Of a stretch of 64,000 bases of DNA, positions 12,530-22,297 are shown piece by piece (the first letter of the stretch is position 1; each line of letters starts with the position of its first letter). Location of the stretch: the NCBI GenBank assembly GCA_913776825.1, contig CAJYPV010000009.1, positions 5,357 to 69,356 on the forward strand, given 5' to 3'. Source of the DNA: Burkholderiaceae bacterium (GTDB lineage: Bacteria; Pseudomonadota; Gammaproteobacteria; Burkholderiales; Burkholderiaceae_C). Both the position numbers and the translations under genes were made by a program. Under the pieces are notes generated by a model. That model saw only the letters and a program-made list of their open reading frames with translations, was not told the DNA's origin and did not search any database.

Positions 12530-13278
12530 GCGGGATTGGGGATGTCGATGAACTGGCACTGCAGTCCGAGTTGATCGGCGACCTGGCGTCCGACGGCCTG
12601 CACGCCATAACGCTCGGTCGCGTGGTGGCCGGCCGCGATGAAAGCGACGCCGGTCTCGGCCGCATAGTGGGCCTGCGGCTCGGAGATTTCGCCGGTGATG
12701 AAGACGTCCGCGCCGGCCGCAATGGCCGGCTCGAAATAGCCCTGCGCACCGCCGGTGCACCAGGCGACGCGGCGCAGCGGCCGGCCATCGCCCGGCACGG
12801 CCACCATCGGCCGCTGCAGCCGATCGGACAAGTGCGCGCTCAGCGCCTCCAGCGACGTCAACCGCGCCGGCAGATCACCGATGGATCCGAGGTTCTGCTC
12901 GCCGAAGCGCCCATCGGCCGACCAGCCCAGATGACGCGCCAACTGCGCGTTATTGCCCAGCTCTTCATGCGCGTCCAGCGGCAGGTGATAGGCATACAGG
13001 TTGATCTCGTGCTGCAGCAGCCGCGCCAGGCGCTGCTTCATCCATCCCACCACGCGGCCGTCCTGACCGCGCCAGAACAGGCCGTGGTGAACGAGGATCG
13101 CATCCGCGCCGACGTCGATCGCGGCGTCGATCAGCGCCAGGCTGGCAGTGACCCCACAGACCAGATGCCGGATGCTGTCGCGTCCCTCGACCTGCAGACC
13201 GTTCGGCCCATAATCCTTGAAGCGCGAGGGCTCCAGCGTCGCGGCCAACAGCCGCTCCAGCTCCGTGCGATGTGCCAT
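12526..13278 (-). CDS. Nif3-like dinuclear metal centre protein (YbgI family)
   Basis: Reads FKDYGPNGLQVEGRDSIRHLVCGVTAS...ILVHHGLFW...YAYHLPLDAH. Confidence 0.88.
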   Translation of the reverse strand: MAHRTELERLLAATLEPSRFKDYGPNGLQVEGRDSIRHLVCGVTASLALIDAAIDVGADAILVHHGLFWRGQDGRVVGWMKQRLARLLQHEINLYAYHLPLDAHEELGNNAQLARHLGWSADGRFGEQNLGSIGDLPARLTSLEALSAHLSDRLQRPMVAVPGDGRPLRRVAWCTGGAQGYFEPAIAAGADVFITGEISEPQAHYAAETGVAFIAAGHHATERYGVQAVGRQVADQLGLQCQFIDIPNPA

Positions 13279-14446
13279 GACAGGGTCCCAATTGCGTCAA
13301 ACCTGGCTGATTTTCTCCCAGGCCACCACGGTGGCACTGGCTGCGTATTTTGTGGTGGCCACGCTGAAGCCCCAGTGGGTGCATCAGGGGCCGACCGTCC
13401 TGGCCACGCTGCCCGCAGCCGCCGGCGCACCGCCCCGCGCGGCCGTGCAGTTCAGCTATGCGTCGGCCGCACAGGCCGCGTCGCCCGCGGTGGTGGCCGT
13501 GATGGCCAACAAGCCGGCGCTGACCCAGCGCGAGATCGACGCCGATCCCTGGCTGCGTTTTCACTTCGGTCGCCGCGTGCCGCAGCGTCAGCAGATGGGT
13601 CTGGGGTCCGGCGTCATCGTCTCGCCGGAAGGCTATGTGCTGACCAACAACCATGTGGTGACCGGCGCCTCCGAGATCCGCGTGCAGTTGCCCGACGGAC
13701 GAGAGACCGAAGCCAAGCTGGTCGGCACCGATCCGGAAACCGACCTGGCCGTGCTGCGCATCGTGGTCGCCCCGCCGCTGCCGGTGATCCATCCCGGCCG
13801 GGCCGAGGAGCTGCAGGTCGGGGATGTGGTGCTCGCCATCGGCAATCCGTTCAACGTCGGCCAGACAGTCACCTCCGGCATCGTGAGCGCGCTCGGCCGC
13901 AGCCAGCTCGGTCTCAGCACCTTCGAGAACTTCATCCAGACCGATGCCGCGATCAATCCCGGCAACTCGGGCGGCGCGCTGGTCGATGCGCAGGGCCGGC
14001 TGGTGGGCATCAACACCGCGATCTACTCGCGCACCGGCGGTGGCAGCCTGGGGATCGGCTTTGCGATCCCGGTCGATTCGGCCTATCAGGTGCTGCAGGC
14101 GCTGATCAAGGACGGCAAGGTGTCGCGCGGCTGGATCGGCGTGATCACCGGCGACATCAATGCGGACGTGGTCGAGACCCTGAAGCTGAGCGTTCAGCAG
14201 GGCGTGTTGGTGAAGGAAGTGCTCAAGGCCAGCCCCGCTGCCAAAGCCGGGCTGGAGGCCGGCGATGTGGTCACCGAGGTGGATGGCCGGCCAGTGCGCA
14301 ATCCGCGTGAGCTGATCAATGTGGTGGCCGGCCTGAAGCCGGAAAGCCAGACGCTGATTCAGGTCCAGCGCGGCACACAGACGCTCAGCCTGCCGCTGCA
14401 GGTCGGGCTGCGCAAGCCGCAGGCGGACGACGCTTCACCGGACTGA
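13277..14446 (+). CDS. DegS/AlgW-like periplasmic serine endoprotease with PDZ domain
   Basis: Has an N-terminal anchor (WLIFSQATTVALAAYFVVATL), TNNHVV, GNSGGAL and a C-terminal PDZ. The start is ambiguous: ATG 13277 overlaps the divergent Nif3 start, and TTG 13292 is an alternative. Confidence 0.85.
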   Translation: MTGSQLRQTWLIFSQATTVALAAYFVVATLKPQWVHQGPTVLATLPAAAGAPPRAAVQFSYASAAQAASPAVVAVMANKPALTQREIDADPWLRFHFGRRVPQRQQMGLGSGVIVSPEGYVLTNNHVVTGASEIRVQLPDGRETEAKLVGTDPETDLAVLRIVVAPPLPVIHPGRAEELQVGDVVLAIGNPFNVGQTVTSGIVSALGRSQLGLSTFENFIQTDAAINPGNSGGALVDAQGRLVGINTAIYSRTGGGSLGIGFAIPVDSAYQVLQALIKDGKVSRGWIGVITGDINADVVETLKLSVQQGVLVKEVLKASPAAKAGLEAGDVVTEVDGRPVRNPRELINVVAGLKPESQTLIQVQRGTQTLSLPLQVGLRKPQADDASPD

Positions 14447-14602
14447 TTCGCTGCAGCGATCGAGCGCCGCCAACAAGGCGTCGACCGCCAGGCGCCGCAC
14501 GACGCCGCGCCGAACGCTGTGAGCGCTGGGCGCCGCCGTCAGCCTGCGGATGACGGCCGGAAGCGCTCTTGTTCGAGCGCCCCGGCGCGCCACGGTCGCC
14601 GA

Positions 14603-15400
14603 TCAGGTCGAGCCGTTGGAGCTTTCTTCGGCCGGATCGGCGTCCGGCGACCGCGTGTAGCGCACGAAGGCGCCGGCGGCCCAGATGCCGACCTCATACA
14701 GCAGGCACATCGGCACCGCCAGCGCGAGCTGGGAGACGATGTCCGGCGGCGTGATCACGGCGGCAATCACGAAAGCCAGGACGATGAAGTAGCCGCGGAA
14801 CTGCTTGAGTTGCGGAATCGTCACCATGCCCATGCGGGCCAGCACCACCACCACCACCGGCACTTCGAACGCCGCACCGAAGGCGATGAACATGTTCATC
14901 ACGAAGCCGAGGTAGGCCTCGATGTCCGGCGCAGCGGTGATGCTCTTGGGCGAGAAGCTCTGGATGAAGGTGAAGACCTTGCCAAAGACGAAGAAGTAGC
15001 AGAACGCCACGCCCAGGAAGAACAGCAAGGTGCTGGACACCACCAGCGGCATCACCAGGCGCTTCTCATGCGAATACAGACCGGGCGCCACGAAGGCCCA
15101 GACCTGATAGAGCACCACCGGCAGTGCCACCAGGAAGGCGGCCAGCAGGGTGATCTTGAGCGGCACCAGGAACGGCGACAGCACGTTCGTCGCGATCATC
15201 GACGAGCCTTGCGGCAGGTGCGAGACCAGCGGGACCGCGAGCAGGTCGAACAAACCGGCCGGACCGGGATACAGGCACAGCAGCGCGAAGGCCACGCCGA
15301 CAGCGCCGAGCGCCCGGATCAACCGGTCGCGCAACTCCATCAGGTGGGAAACAAAGGGCTGCTCGGTGCCGGCCAGTTCGTCGTCTTGGGGGCTGCTCAT
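14603..15400 (-). CDS. tatC: Twin-arginine translocase subunit TatC
   Basis: Reads [15 protein letters not shown] and is polytopic. ATGA overlap with tatB. Confidence 0.95.
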   Translation of the reverse strand: MSSPQDDELAGTEQPFVSHLMELRDRLIRALGAVGVAFALLCLYPGPAGLFDLLAVPLVSHLPQGSSMIATNVLSPFLVPLKITLLAAFLVALPVVLYQVWAFVAPGLYSHEKRLVMPLVVSSTLLFFLGVAFCYFFVFGKVFTFIQSFSPKSITAAPDIEAYLGFVMNMFIAFGAAFEVPVVVVVLARMGMVTIPQLKQFRGYFIVLAFVIAAVITPPDIVSQLALAVPMCLLYEVGIWAAGAFVRYTRSPDADPAEESSNGST

Positions 15401-15906
15401 GAAGCTCGGCGTGGGGGACGGAAGCGCGCCACTCGGGCGGCGCCGGATTGGGCATGTCGGCGCACGCCCTGCCGCTGCTTGTACCAGAGCGGGGTGGCGC
15501 CGCGCTTGAGGCGCCAGTTCTTGCCCGGGTGGGAATAGCTGGGCGGCGGACCCGCCAGATAGTCGTAGCTGCCGGACTCGGTCGCGGCGGCGTCGGTGGA
15601 CGAGGCGGCCCCCGTCACCGACAGATCGGACCAGGTGGACTGCAGCGTCTGGTTGGCGGAATCCACGCTGTTGCGGACGCTGCTGTGCACGTCGTTCACG
15701 GCGGTCTCGAACTGGCCCTTCATCTTCTGGAGTTCTTCCAGTTCGATGGACCGGTTCACTTCCGCCTTCACATCGGCCACATAGCGCTGCGCCTTGCCGA
15801 GCAGATGACCCACGGTGCGGGCCACGCGCGGCAGGCGCTCAGGGCCGAGCACGACCAGCGCCACCGCGCCGATCAGGGCCAGCTTGTCGAAGCCGAAGTC
15901 GAGCAT
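15397..15906 (-). CDS. tatB: Twin-arginine translocase subunit TatB
   Basis: Reads [33 protein letters not shown]. Confidence 0.9.
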   Translation of the reverse strand: MLDFGFDKLALIGAVALVVLGPERLPRVARTVGHLLGKAQRYVADVKAEVNRSIELEELQKMKGQFETAVNDVHSSVRNSVDSANQTLQSTWSDLSVTGAASSTDAAATESGSYDYLAGPPPSYSHPGKNWRLKRGATPLWYKQRQGVRRHAQSGAARVARFRPPRRAS

Positions 15907-15917
15907 GCGCGGTGCGC

Positions 15918-16142
15918 TCAGCGACGGGTCGTGGCGTCGACGTCGACCGTGTTCGGGTCGGCGGCCTTGTTGGTGTTGGCCACCTGCTGCGGGGTGTCGG
16001 TGGAGCCGTCCTTGACGCCATCCTTGAAGCCCTTGACCGCGGCGCCCAGGTCGGACCCCACGTTGCGCAGCTTCTTGGTGCCAAACACTGCAATCACCAC
16101 CACCAGCACGATCAGCCAGTGCCAGATGCTCAAACTACCCAT
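15918..16142 (-). CDS. tatA: Twin-arginine translocase subunit TatA
   Basis: Reads [40 protein letters not shown]. Confidence 0.93.
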   Translation of the reverse strand: MGSLSIWHWLIVLVVVIAVFGTKKLRNVGSDLGAAVKGFKDGVKDGSTDTPQQVANTNKAADPNTVDVDATTRR

Positions 16143-16252
16143 GACGTTCTCCAGAGTCGATGCCGAAATTCTAGTGGTCGCGCATGACAGCCATGGGATG
16201 AATCACCGGCATCCCCTGCCCGCATGAGCGCCTTATGCCCCCAAAGGGACAG

Positions 16253-16292
16253 AAAAAACCATCGCAGGCGCGCGGCGGCCCCTGCGAGATGG
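16253..16292 (-). terminator. Intrinsic terminator after the HIT gene
   Basis: Minus strand reads CCATCTCGCAGG...CCTGCGATGG followed by TTTTTT (complement of 16253-16258), 10 nt after the HIT stop. Confidence 0.65.
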
Positions 16293-16301
16293 AGTCGGAC
16301 C

Positions 16302-16649
16302 TCAGCCTTTCAACCAGGGGCGCGGCCCGCCGATCGCGTGCATGTGCAGGTGGAACACCTCCTGCCCGCCGTCCGCACCGGTGTTGATCACCGTGCGAAA
16401 GCCGTTCGTCACGCCCAATTCCTTCATCAGCCGCGGCACCAGCACCGCCATCTGACCCATGACCGCCGCATCCGAGGGCTGCAGCTCCGCCATGCTGGTG
16501 ATGTGGCGTTTCGGGATCAGCAGGAAGTGCACCGGCGCCCAGGGATGGATGTCGTGGAAAGCGAGGATGTCGTCATCCTCATACACCTTCTTCGACGGAA
16601 TCTGGCCCTGGATGATCTTGCAGAAGAGGCAGTTCGGATCGTGGCTCAT
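16302..16649 (-). CDS. HIT-family (histidine triad) nucleotide hydrolase
   Basis: Start MSHDPNCLFCKIIQGQIPSKKVYEDD (ATG 16649); HxHxH triad FHLHMHAIGG. Confidence 0.9.
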   Translation of the reverse strand: MSHDPNCLFCKIIQGQIPSKKVYEDDDILAFHDIHPWAPVHFLLIPKRHITSMAELQPSDAAVMGQMAVLVPRLMKELGVTNGFRTVINTGADGGQEVFHLHMHAIGGPRPWLKG

Positions 16650-16663
16650 GGTCAGTGTCCGGC

Positions 16664-17035
16664 TCAGACCGGCATCGGCTTGTTGTCGTTCCAGTTCAGG
16701 AGGCCCTTGACCAGGCGGTAGATCACCCAGATCGTGTCGACGATCAGCACCACCACCCCCACGCCCACGATCAGCAGCAAAACGCCCAGGATGCCCCACA
16801 GCAGACTCCACCAGAAGGTGCGGATCTGCCAGGTGAAGTGGCTGGCGTAAATCGTTCCGGCCGTGTCTTCCCGCTTGATGTAGTTGATGATCAAGGCCAC
16901 CACGCCGGTGAACCCGGTGAAGAAGCTCAGGCCGTACAGGATGTAGGTGATCAGCGTCAGCTGCTTCAGGCTGGCCAGTTGCTCGGCAGGCATCGACGTG
17001 GCGGGCGGCACCGTCACGGTGAGGTCGTCATTCAT
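16664..17035 (-). CDS. Small conserved inner-membrane protein (his-operon associated, DUF4870-like)
   Basis: Start MNDDLTVTVPP (ATG 17035). Three predicted TM segments and the motif INYIKREDTAGTIYASHFTWQIRTFWW. Confidence 0.7.
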   Translation of the reverse strand: MNDDLTVTVPPATSMPAEQLASLKQLTLITYILYGLSFFTGFTGVVALIINYIKREDTAGTIYASHFTWQIRTFWWSLLWGILGVLLLIVGVGVVVLIVDTIWVIYRLVKGLLNWNDNKPMPV

Positions 17036-17127
17036 CTCGGTCTGCTCCCTGTGTTGAAAGGTGATGGAAGGCTGGACTGCGGCCGGCGAGCGCGCATTGG
17101 ATCCAGAGCGTGCGAGTCGTCGGCGGC

Positions 17128-17499
17128 TCAGGTGCCGGACGCTGCGGGCGGCGCGGACCGGGCGGCGAACTCCGCCAGGCCCGACAGCCCTTCCCGCCGA
17201 GCGAGCTCCGCCAGCACCTGTTCCGGACGCACCTGCAGCGCGGCCAGCGCGACGATCGAATGGAACCACAGGTCGGCGACTTCGTAGACCAGCTTTTGCG
17301 GGTCGCCGTCCTTGGCGGCGATGACCACCTCGGTGGCTTCCTCGCCGACCTTTTTCAGGATCTGGTCCAGGCCCTTCGCGAACAGCTTGGCCACATAGCT
17401 TTTGTCGGGCTCGCCCTGGTCGCGGCGCTGGGCGACCACCTCGCCCAACTGGGCCAGGATGTCGTTGCCGGTCAGCGACGGCGGGGTGTTCTGATTCAT
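17128..17499 (-). CDS. hisE: Phosphoribosyl-ATP pyrophosphatase
   Basis: Start [18 protein letters not shown] (ATG 17499). Reads [33 protein letters not shown]...EVADLWFH. Confidence 0.9.
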   Translation of the reverse strand: MNQNTPPSLTGNDILAQLGEVVAQRRDQGEPDKSYVAKLFAKGLDQILKKVGEEATEVVIAAKDGDPQKLVYEVADLWFHSIVALAALQVRPEQVLAELARREGLSGLAEFAARSAPPAASGT

Positions 17500-17510
17500 G
17501 GTCGGCGGGC

Positions 17511-17903
17511 TCAAGACTGGTAGATGGTGGCGGGGTCCTTGATCACCGGCTCCACCGCGGACCACTGGCCGTCGCGCAGCGACTGGAAGAAGCAGCTGTG
17601 GCGACCGGTGTGGCAGGCGATGCCGGGCTCATGGCCCTGCTGGGTGATGGTGAGCAGCAGCACATCGTTGTCGCAATCCATGCGGATCTCATGCACCTGC
17701 TGGATGTGGCCGGATTCTTCGCCCTTGTGCCAGAGCTTCTGACGGGAGCGGCTCCAATACACCGCCTGACCCAGCTCCGCCGTGCGGGCGAGCGCGTCAC
17801 GATTCATCCAGGCGAACATCAGGATGTCGCCGGAGCCCTTTTCCTGGGCGATGACCGGCACCAGGCCGTCACGGTCCCACTTGATCTGATCCAACCATTG
17901 CAT
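17511..17903 (-). CDS. hisI: Phosphoribosyl-AMP cyclohydrolase
   Basis: Start [21 protein letters not shown] (ATG 17903). Reads [18 protein letters not shown]...DCDNDVLLL...[13 protein letters not shown]. Confidence 0.92.
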   Translation of the reverse strand: MQWLDQIKWDRDGLVPVIAQEKGSGDILMFAWMNRDALARTAELGQAVYWSRSRQKLWHKGEESGHIQQVHEIRMDCDNDVLLLTITQQGHEPGIACHTGRHSCFFQSLRDGQWSAVEPVIKDPATIYQS

Positions 17904-17919
17904 GGTCTCAGTGTAGCCC

Positions 17920-18396
17920 TCACCCCACATGGGTGGCGCCCACATGGGCGCGCTCCACCGCGAACCACTGCAACACCGGGATCGTGCCGGGCAACACCGG
18001 CTGCACCTGCACCGGCAGTCGCTGCCAGCTCATCGCCTGCTGCTCGCGCATCTCGAAATCGCCCTGCCAGTCGTAGACCTTGCAGAAGTGCAGACGCACC
18101 TTCGCATGCGGATATTCCATCAGCTCGATCTTCCACGGATGCGCGGCGCCAATGGTGATGCCGAGCTCTTCCTGAAGCTCGCGGCGCAGCGCCTGCTCCA
18201 CGGTTTCTCCGGCTTCCAGCTTGCCGCCCGGGAATTCCCAGTAGCCGGCGTAGACCTTGCCGTCGGGACGCGAGGTCAGCAGGAATTCGGTGTCCTGTCC
18301 ATGGGCATCGCGCCGGACCAGCACGCCGACGGCGACCTCCACCGGCTTGCGATCGGTGTGCCCGACCGGGCTGTGGGCGTTGGCAGTTTCAGACAT
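17920..18396 (-). CDS. Nudix hydrolase (MutT-like 8-oxo-dGTP diphosphatase)
   Basis: Start MSETANAH (ATG 18396). Nudix box [23 protein letters not shown]. Confidence 0.85.
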   Translation of the reverse strand: MSETANAHSPVGHTDRKPVEVAVGVLVRRDAHGQDTEFLLTSRPDGKVYAGYWEFPGGKLEAGETVEQALRRELQEELGITIGAAHPWKIELMEYPHAKVRLHFCKVYDWQGDFEMREQQAMSWQRLPVQVQPVLPGTIPVLQWFAVERAHVGATHVG

Positions 18397-19387
18397 GGTC
18401 CAGGCCCTCCGGCATCTGATCGTCGGACGGCGCCGCGACATTCGCGGTCACGCCGCCGGCCGGGCCCGAGCCGGCGTCATGGACGGCTGCGGCGGGATCG
18501 TCCGGAGCCTGGTTGATGCCCCGCCCCGCCAGATCGCGGGCGAACTGATAGGCGACGCGCCCGGAGCGGGAACCGCGCTCCAGCGCCCAGACGAGCGCGG
18601 GCTGACGGGCGGCGTCGATTTGCGCGGGGGTCAGTCCGAAGTGGCTGAGCCACTGGGCGACGATGGTGAGGTATTCCTGTTGGTTGAAGCTGTAGAAGCT
18701 GATCCACAGCCCGAATCGTTCGGACAGCGAGATCTTTTCTTCAACCGCTTCACCGGGATGGACTTCCACATTCCCGTCGCGTTCGCTGTGGGTGTAGGCG
18801 AGGTTGTCCTTCATCTGTTCGGGCAACAGATGGCGGCGGTTGCTGGTCGCGTAGATCAGCAGGTTGTCGGTCGCGGCGGCGACCGAGCCATCGAGCATGG
18901 ATTTGAGCGCCTTGTAGCCGGCCTCGCCTTCATCGAAGCTGAGGTCGTCGCAGAAGATGACGAAGCGTTCGGGCCGATCGGCGACGAGGTCGGCGAGGTC
19001 GGGCAGGTCGACCAGATCGGCCTTATCGACTTCGATCAGGCGCAGGCCTTGGTTGGCGAACGCATTCAGGCAGGCTTTGATCAGCGAGCTTTTCCCGGTG
19101 CCGCGTGCGCCGGTGAGCAGCACGTTGTTGGCGGGTTGCCCGAGCACGAACTGCCGGGTGTTTTGCAGCAGCCGTTCCTTCTGCGGCTCGACTTCCTTGA
19201 GATCGGCCAGCCGGATGGTCGACAGGTGTCGAACCGGCTCGAGCCGCGCGCTGCTGCCGCGCTTGCGATAGCGAAACGCGACCGCGGCGGTCCAGTCGGG
19301 CGCAACCAACGGCTGGGGCAACACGGCCTCCAGGCGATTGAGCAGCGCATCGGCGCGCCGCAGCAAGGCATCAAGGGCTTCGGACAT
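18389..19387 (-). CDS. DUF815-type AAA ATPase
   Basis: Start MSEALDALLRRADALLNRLE (ATG 19387); Walker A LLTGARGTGKSSLIKA. Its 3' end overlaps the Nudix start by 8 nt. Confidence 0.8.
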   Translation of the reverse strand: MSEALDALLRRADALLNRLEAVLPQPLVAPDWTAAVAFRYRKRGSSARLEPVRHLSTIRLADLKEVEPQKERLLQNTRQFVLGQPANNVLLTGARGTGKSSLIKACLNAFANQGLRLIEVDKADLVDLPDLADLVADRPERFVIFCDDLSFDEGEAGYKALKSMLDGSVAAATDNLLIYATSNRRHLLPEQMKDNLAYTHSERDGNVEVHPGEAVEEKISLSERFGLWISFYSFNQQEYLTIVAQWLSHFGLTPAQIDAARQPALVWALERGSRSGRVAYQFARDLAGRGINQAPDDPAAAVHDAGSGPAGGVTANVAAPSDDQMPEGLDHV

Positions 19388-19500
19388 GCCGGAAGTGTAG
19401 AAGCAGAGTGCGCTCCCTCCGCGGCGCCCAAGCAGGCAAAAGAGCAAAGCCTTCGATCGACACGCCCCGCCCTCAAAACCCATCGATGGGCATTGGAAAA

Positions 19501-19715
19501 AGCCATCGTCAGATGGCGCCCGTGCAGCGGAGCCCAGAGACTGGCTCCGCCAGTCACTCGGGCTCGCCCCCTGAGGGGGCCGCCGTCAGGCGGTAGGGGG
19601 AGGAGTGAATAAAGCCCATCGCTAGATGGCGCCCACCCAGCGGAGCCCAGAGACTGGCTCCGCCAGTCACTCGGGCTCGCCCCCTGAGGGGGCCGCCGTC
19701 AGGCGGTAGGGGGGG
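19501..19715. repeat. Tandem duplication (period 113 bp, 2 copies) of a multi-hairpin intergenic element
   Basis: A 74-nt core at 19527-19600 is identical to 19640-19713. Each copy contains hairpins CCATC-N4-GATGG, GCGGAGCC-CAGAGACT-GGCTCCGC, GCCCCC-TGA-GGGGGC and CGCC-GTCA-GGCG. Confidence 0.85.
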
Positions 19716-19721
19716 AGCCTC

Positions 19722-20360
19722 TCAAGCCAACATGCGCATTGCGGCTTCGAGCTGCTCGGTGGGCAAGCGCTTGAAGCCGGAGCGCGCGTAGCGCTGCAGT
19801 CGGCCGATGATGAAGCTGACCAGCACCGAGGCCTGCGCCTGGGCTTCCACCGTCGGGGTGCTGGAGCCGGAGGCCTCGGCCGCCGTGCGCAGGCCCTGAC
19901 GCAGCGAGGACTCGACCCGGTCGAAGAACTGGTTCATGCGCGCGACCAGGCGCTCGTTCTCATAGACCAGCGCATCGCCCACCATCACGCGGGCCATGCC
20001 CGGATTGCGTTCGCCAAACTGCAGCAGCACCGCCACGATGCGCTGCGCCTGCGCCAGGCCTGACGGCTCGCGCTCGGCGATCTGGTTGAGCAGGGAGAAG
20101 ATGCTGGTCTCGATGAACTCGATCAGCCCTTCGAACATTTGCGCCTTGCTGGCGAAGTGCCGATACAGGGCCGCCTCGCTGACCTCCAGGCGCGCCGCCA
20201 GGGCGGCCGTGGTGACCCGCTCCGCGCCCGGCTGCTCCAGCATGCTGGCCAGCGTCTGCAGGATCTGAACCCGGCGCTCGCCCGGCTTGAGGCGCTTGCG
20301 CGGCAGTTCTGCGGGCTTGGTCGCGGCGGTTTCCGGAGCGTCGGGAGGGCTGGTGTGCAT
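19722..20360 (-). CDS. slmA: TetR-family nucleoid occlusion factor SlmA
   Basis: Start MHTSPPD (ATG 20360). RRVQILQTLASMLEQPGAERVTTAALAARLEVSEAALYRHFASKAQMFEGLIEFIE closely parallels the E. coli SlmA HTH region. Confidence 0.82.
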   Translation of the reverse strand: MHTSPPDAPETAATKPAELPRKRLKPGERRVQILQTLASMLEQPGAERVTTAALAARLEVSEAALYRHFASKAQMFEGLIEFIETSIFSLLNQIAEREPSGLAQAQRIVAVLLQFGERNPGMARVMVGDALVYENERLVARMNQFFDRVESSLRQGLRTAAEASGSSTPTVEAQAQASVLVSFIIGRLQRYARSGFKRLPTEQLEAAMRMLA

Positions 20361-20541
20361 AGAGGGGGCCGGGGATGTGCGGCGGATTCTGGCACACCGC
20401 GACACTCCCTCCGACGTTCATGCCGGACAGCGTCATCTCATCGCCCCCAGAGAGCGACGCTTCGTCGATTTGGATCGGCCGCATCCGGTCGATCGGCGCA
20501 GCCCGAATGGCGGGCGGCGCGGCGGCGCGGCGATCAGTCCA

Positions 20542-21231
20542 TCAGTCGCGCAGCCATCCGAGGCGGCGGGCTTCGTAGATCGCCTCGACCTTGGACCGCA
20601 CCTGCAGCTTGCGATAGGTGCGTTTCACGTAGGTCATGATGGTGTGCGGCGACACATTCATGAACTGCGCGATCTCATCGAAGGTGAAGCCCTTCGCGGC
20701 CAGGTGCAGCACGCGCGATTCCTGCTCGGACAGCGCCACCACCTGCTCGTCGACCAGCGGCATCGGCGCGGAATCCCCGAAGCCGCGCGGCGCATGCCCG
20801 TTGCCCTGCGGCGCGAGACGCATCAGCAGCCGACGGGCAATCACCGGACTGATCGGACTGCCGCCCGCGCGCAGCGAGCGCAACTGGCCGGGCAGATCCA
20901 GCGCCAGCGAATCCTTCAGCAGATAGCCGGTGGCGCCGGCCTCGATGCTGGACAGCACATGCTGCTCATCACCGAAGACCGAGATCACCATGACCTCGCA
21001 CTCCGGCGCGACATGCGCGGCATGGCGAATCAGCTCGATGCCGCTGCCGCCAGGCAGGTCGAGGTCGACCAGCAGCACATCCGGCCGCGTCTGGTCGAAC
21101 ATCTTCCGGCCTTGCGGCAGGTCGGTCGCCATGCCGACCAATCGGATGTCAGGCGCTTTCTCAAGCGCATGGGCAAATGCTTCGCGAAACCGAAGCTGAT
21201 CTTCGACGATCAAGACGCTGAACAGTGACAT
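20542..21231 (-). CDS. NarL/FixJ-type response regulator (REC + LuxR HTH)
   Basis: Start MSLFSVLIVEDQ (ATG 21231). Has the phospho-acceptor region LLVDLDLPGG and a C-terminal LuxR HTH, LSEQESRVLHLAAKGFTFDEIAQFMNVSPHTIMTYVKRTYRKL. Confidence 0.88.
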   Translation of the reverse strand: MSLFSVLIVEDQLRFREAFAHALEKAPDIRLVGMATDLPQGRKMFDQTRPDVLLVDLDLPGGSGIELIRHAAHVAPECEVMVISVFGDEQHVLSSIEAGATGYLLKDSLALDLPGQLRSLRAGGSPISPVIARRLLMRLAPQGNGHAPRGFGDSAPMPLVDEQVVALSEQESRVLHLAAKGFTFDEIAQFMNVSPHTIMTYVKRTYRKLQVRSKVEAIYEARRLGWLRD

Positions 21232-21575
21232 GCATTCCCTCACGGCTTCGGCGCCGTCGAGCACATTCTGTGGGGTGCGACAAGCGCCCCGCAATCCCCA
21301 GCTTGCAGTGGGGTGACCAAAGACAGTCAGTGCAAACCCCAAACGGCGGCAAGGGCAAACGACAAGCCTGCCTGGCTCACGATCCGGTTGGAGAGACCCT
21401 GACGATGCCCGCACCGCGCCGCCGATCGGACGGATGACCGTCGCCATCGGCGATGTCGCCACCGAGGTGGCGACACCCACGCAGTCGGGGGATTGGCGTG
21501 CGCCTCGCAGCGCGGGCCTCGGTCATTCTCCGCAGACGTCGGACTCGACGCAAAGGAGGTGACAGACCGTTGCAT

Positions 21576-22292
21576 TCAGCGCTTCAGATGGTGCAATCGA
21601 CTGACGCGTTGATCCACAAACCGTGGACGCCGTCTCACCGGCTCGGGCATCCACCCCCGCATCCAGAGGGTCCGCATGCCCAGTCCGCGCGCGGCCTTCA
21701 GATTCTGCGGACTGTCCTCCACCAGCGTGCAGCGCGAGGGCGCGATGCGAAGCTGTGCACAGAGATGGCGAAACATGCGCGCATCCGGCTTGGGTCGGTA
21801 ATGGCCGAACATGCGCATCTGCTCGACGGCCAGCACCCGCTCGAACTGCACGGCGATGCCCAGCGCCTTCAGCACGCGATGGGCATAGGCCTGCGGCGCA
21901 TTCGTCAGCAGCACCTTGCGGCCGCGCAGGCGCTTGAGCCACTCCAGGTCCGCGCGCAGCGCCCGAAGCGAGGCTTCGAGCTCCGGCAGCGCATGGGTCT
22001 CGGCCAGGAAATGGGAGCCGGACACGCCGTGATGGCGCACCAGCCCGAGCAGCGTGGCGCCGTAGCGGCGCCAGTAGCGATGGCGAAGGGATTTCGCCGA
22101 CGCGACATCCAGACCCAGGTGGGCTTCGATGTAGGCATTCATCGACGCGCCAATCGCCGCGAACACTCCGTCACTGGCGTGATGCAGGGTGTCGTCCAGA
22201 TCGAACAGCCAGACGCCATCGCCCCGCCGCCGAGGGCCCGCGGCGGCGGCGACCGCGCGATGGCGTCGGGTGCGGGGCGGTAGTCGGGCCAC
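21576..22292 (-). CDS. HAD-superfamily pyrimidine 5'-nucleotidase-like hydrolase
   Basis: Contains VWLFDLDDTLHHAS (DxDxT) and LLTNAPQAYA. The only in-frame start is GTG at 22292 (shown as M in the track), and no SD was seen. Confidence 0.78.
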   Translation of the reverse strand: MARLPPRTRRHRAVAAAAGPRRRGDGVWLFDLDDTLHHASDGVFAAIGASMNAYIEAHLGLDVASAKSLRHRYWRRYGATLLGLVRHHGVSGSHFLAETHALPELEASLRALRADLEWLKRLRGRKVLLTNAPQAYAHRVLKALGIAVQFERVLAVEQMRMFGHYRPKPDARMFRHLCAQLRIAPSRCTLVEDSPQNLKAARGLGMRTLWMRGWMPEPVRRRPRFVDQRVSRLHHLKR

Positions 22293-22297
22293 GTGGC

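Noticed and set aside
19501-19715. Possibility that the tandem repeats here (and at 22298-22352 and 45781-45844) are CRISPR arrays
   Set aside because: The units are directly abutting or nearly so, with no unique spacers. Unit sizes (113, 11 and 8 bp) do not fit CRISPR, and no cas genes are in the window.
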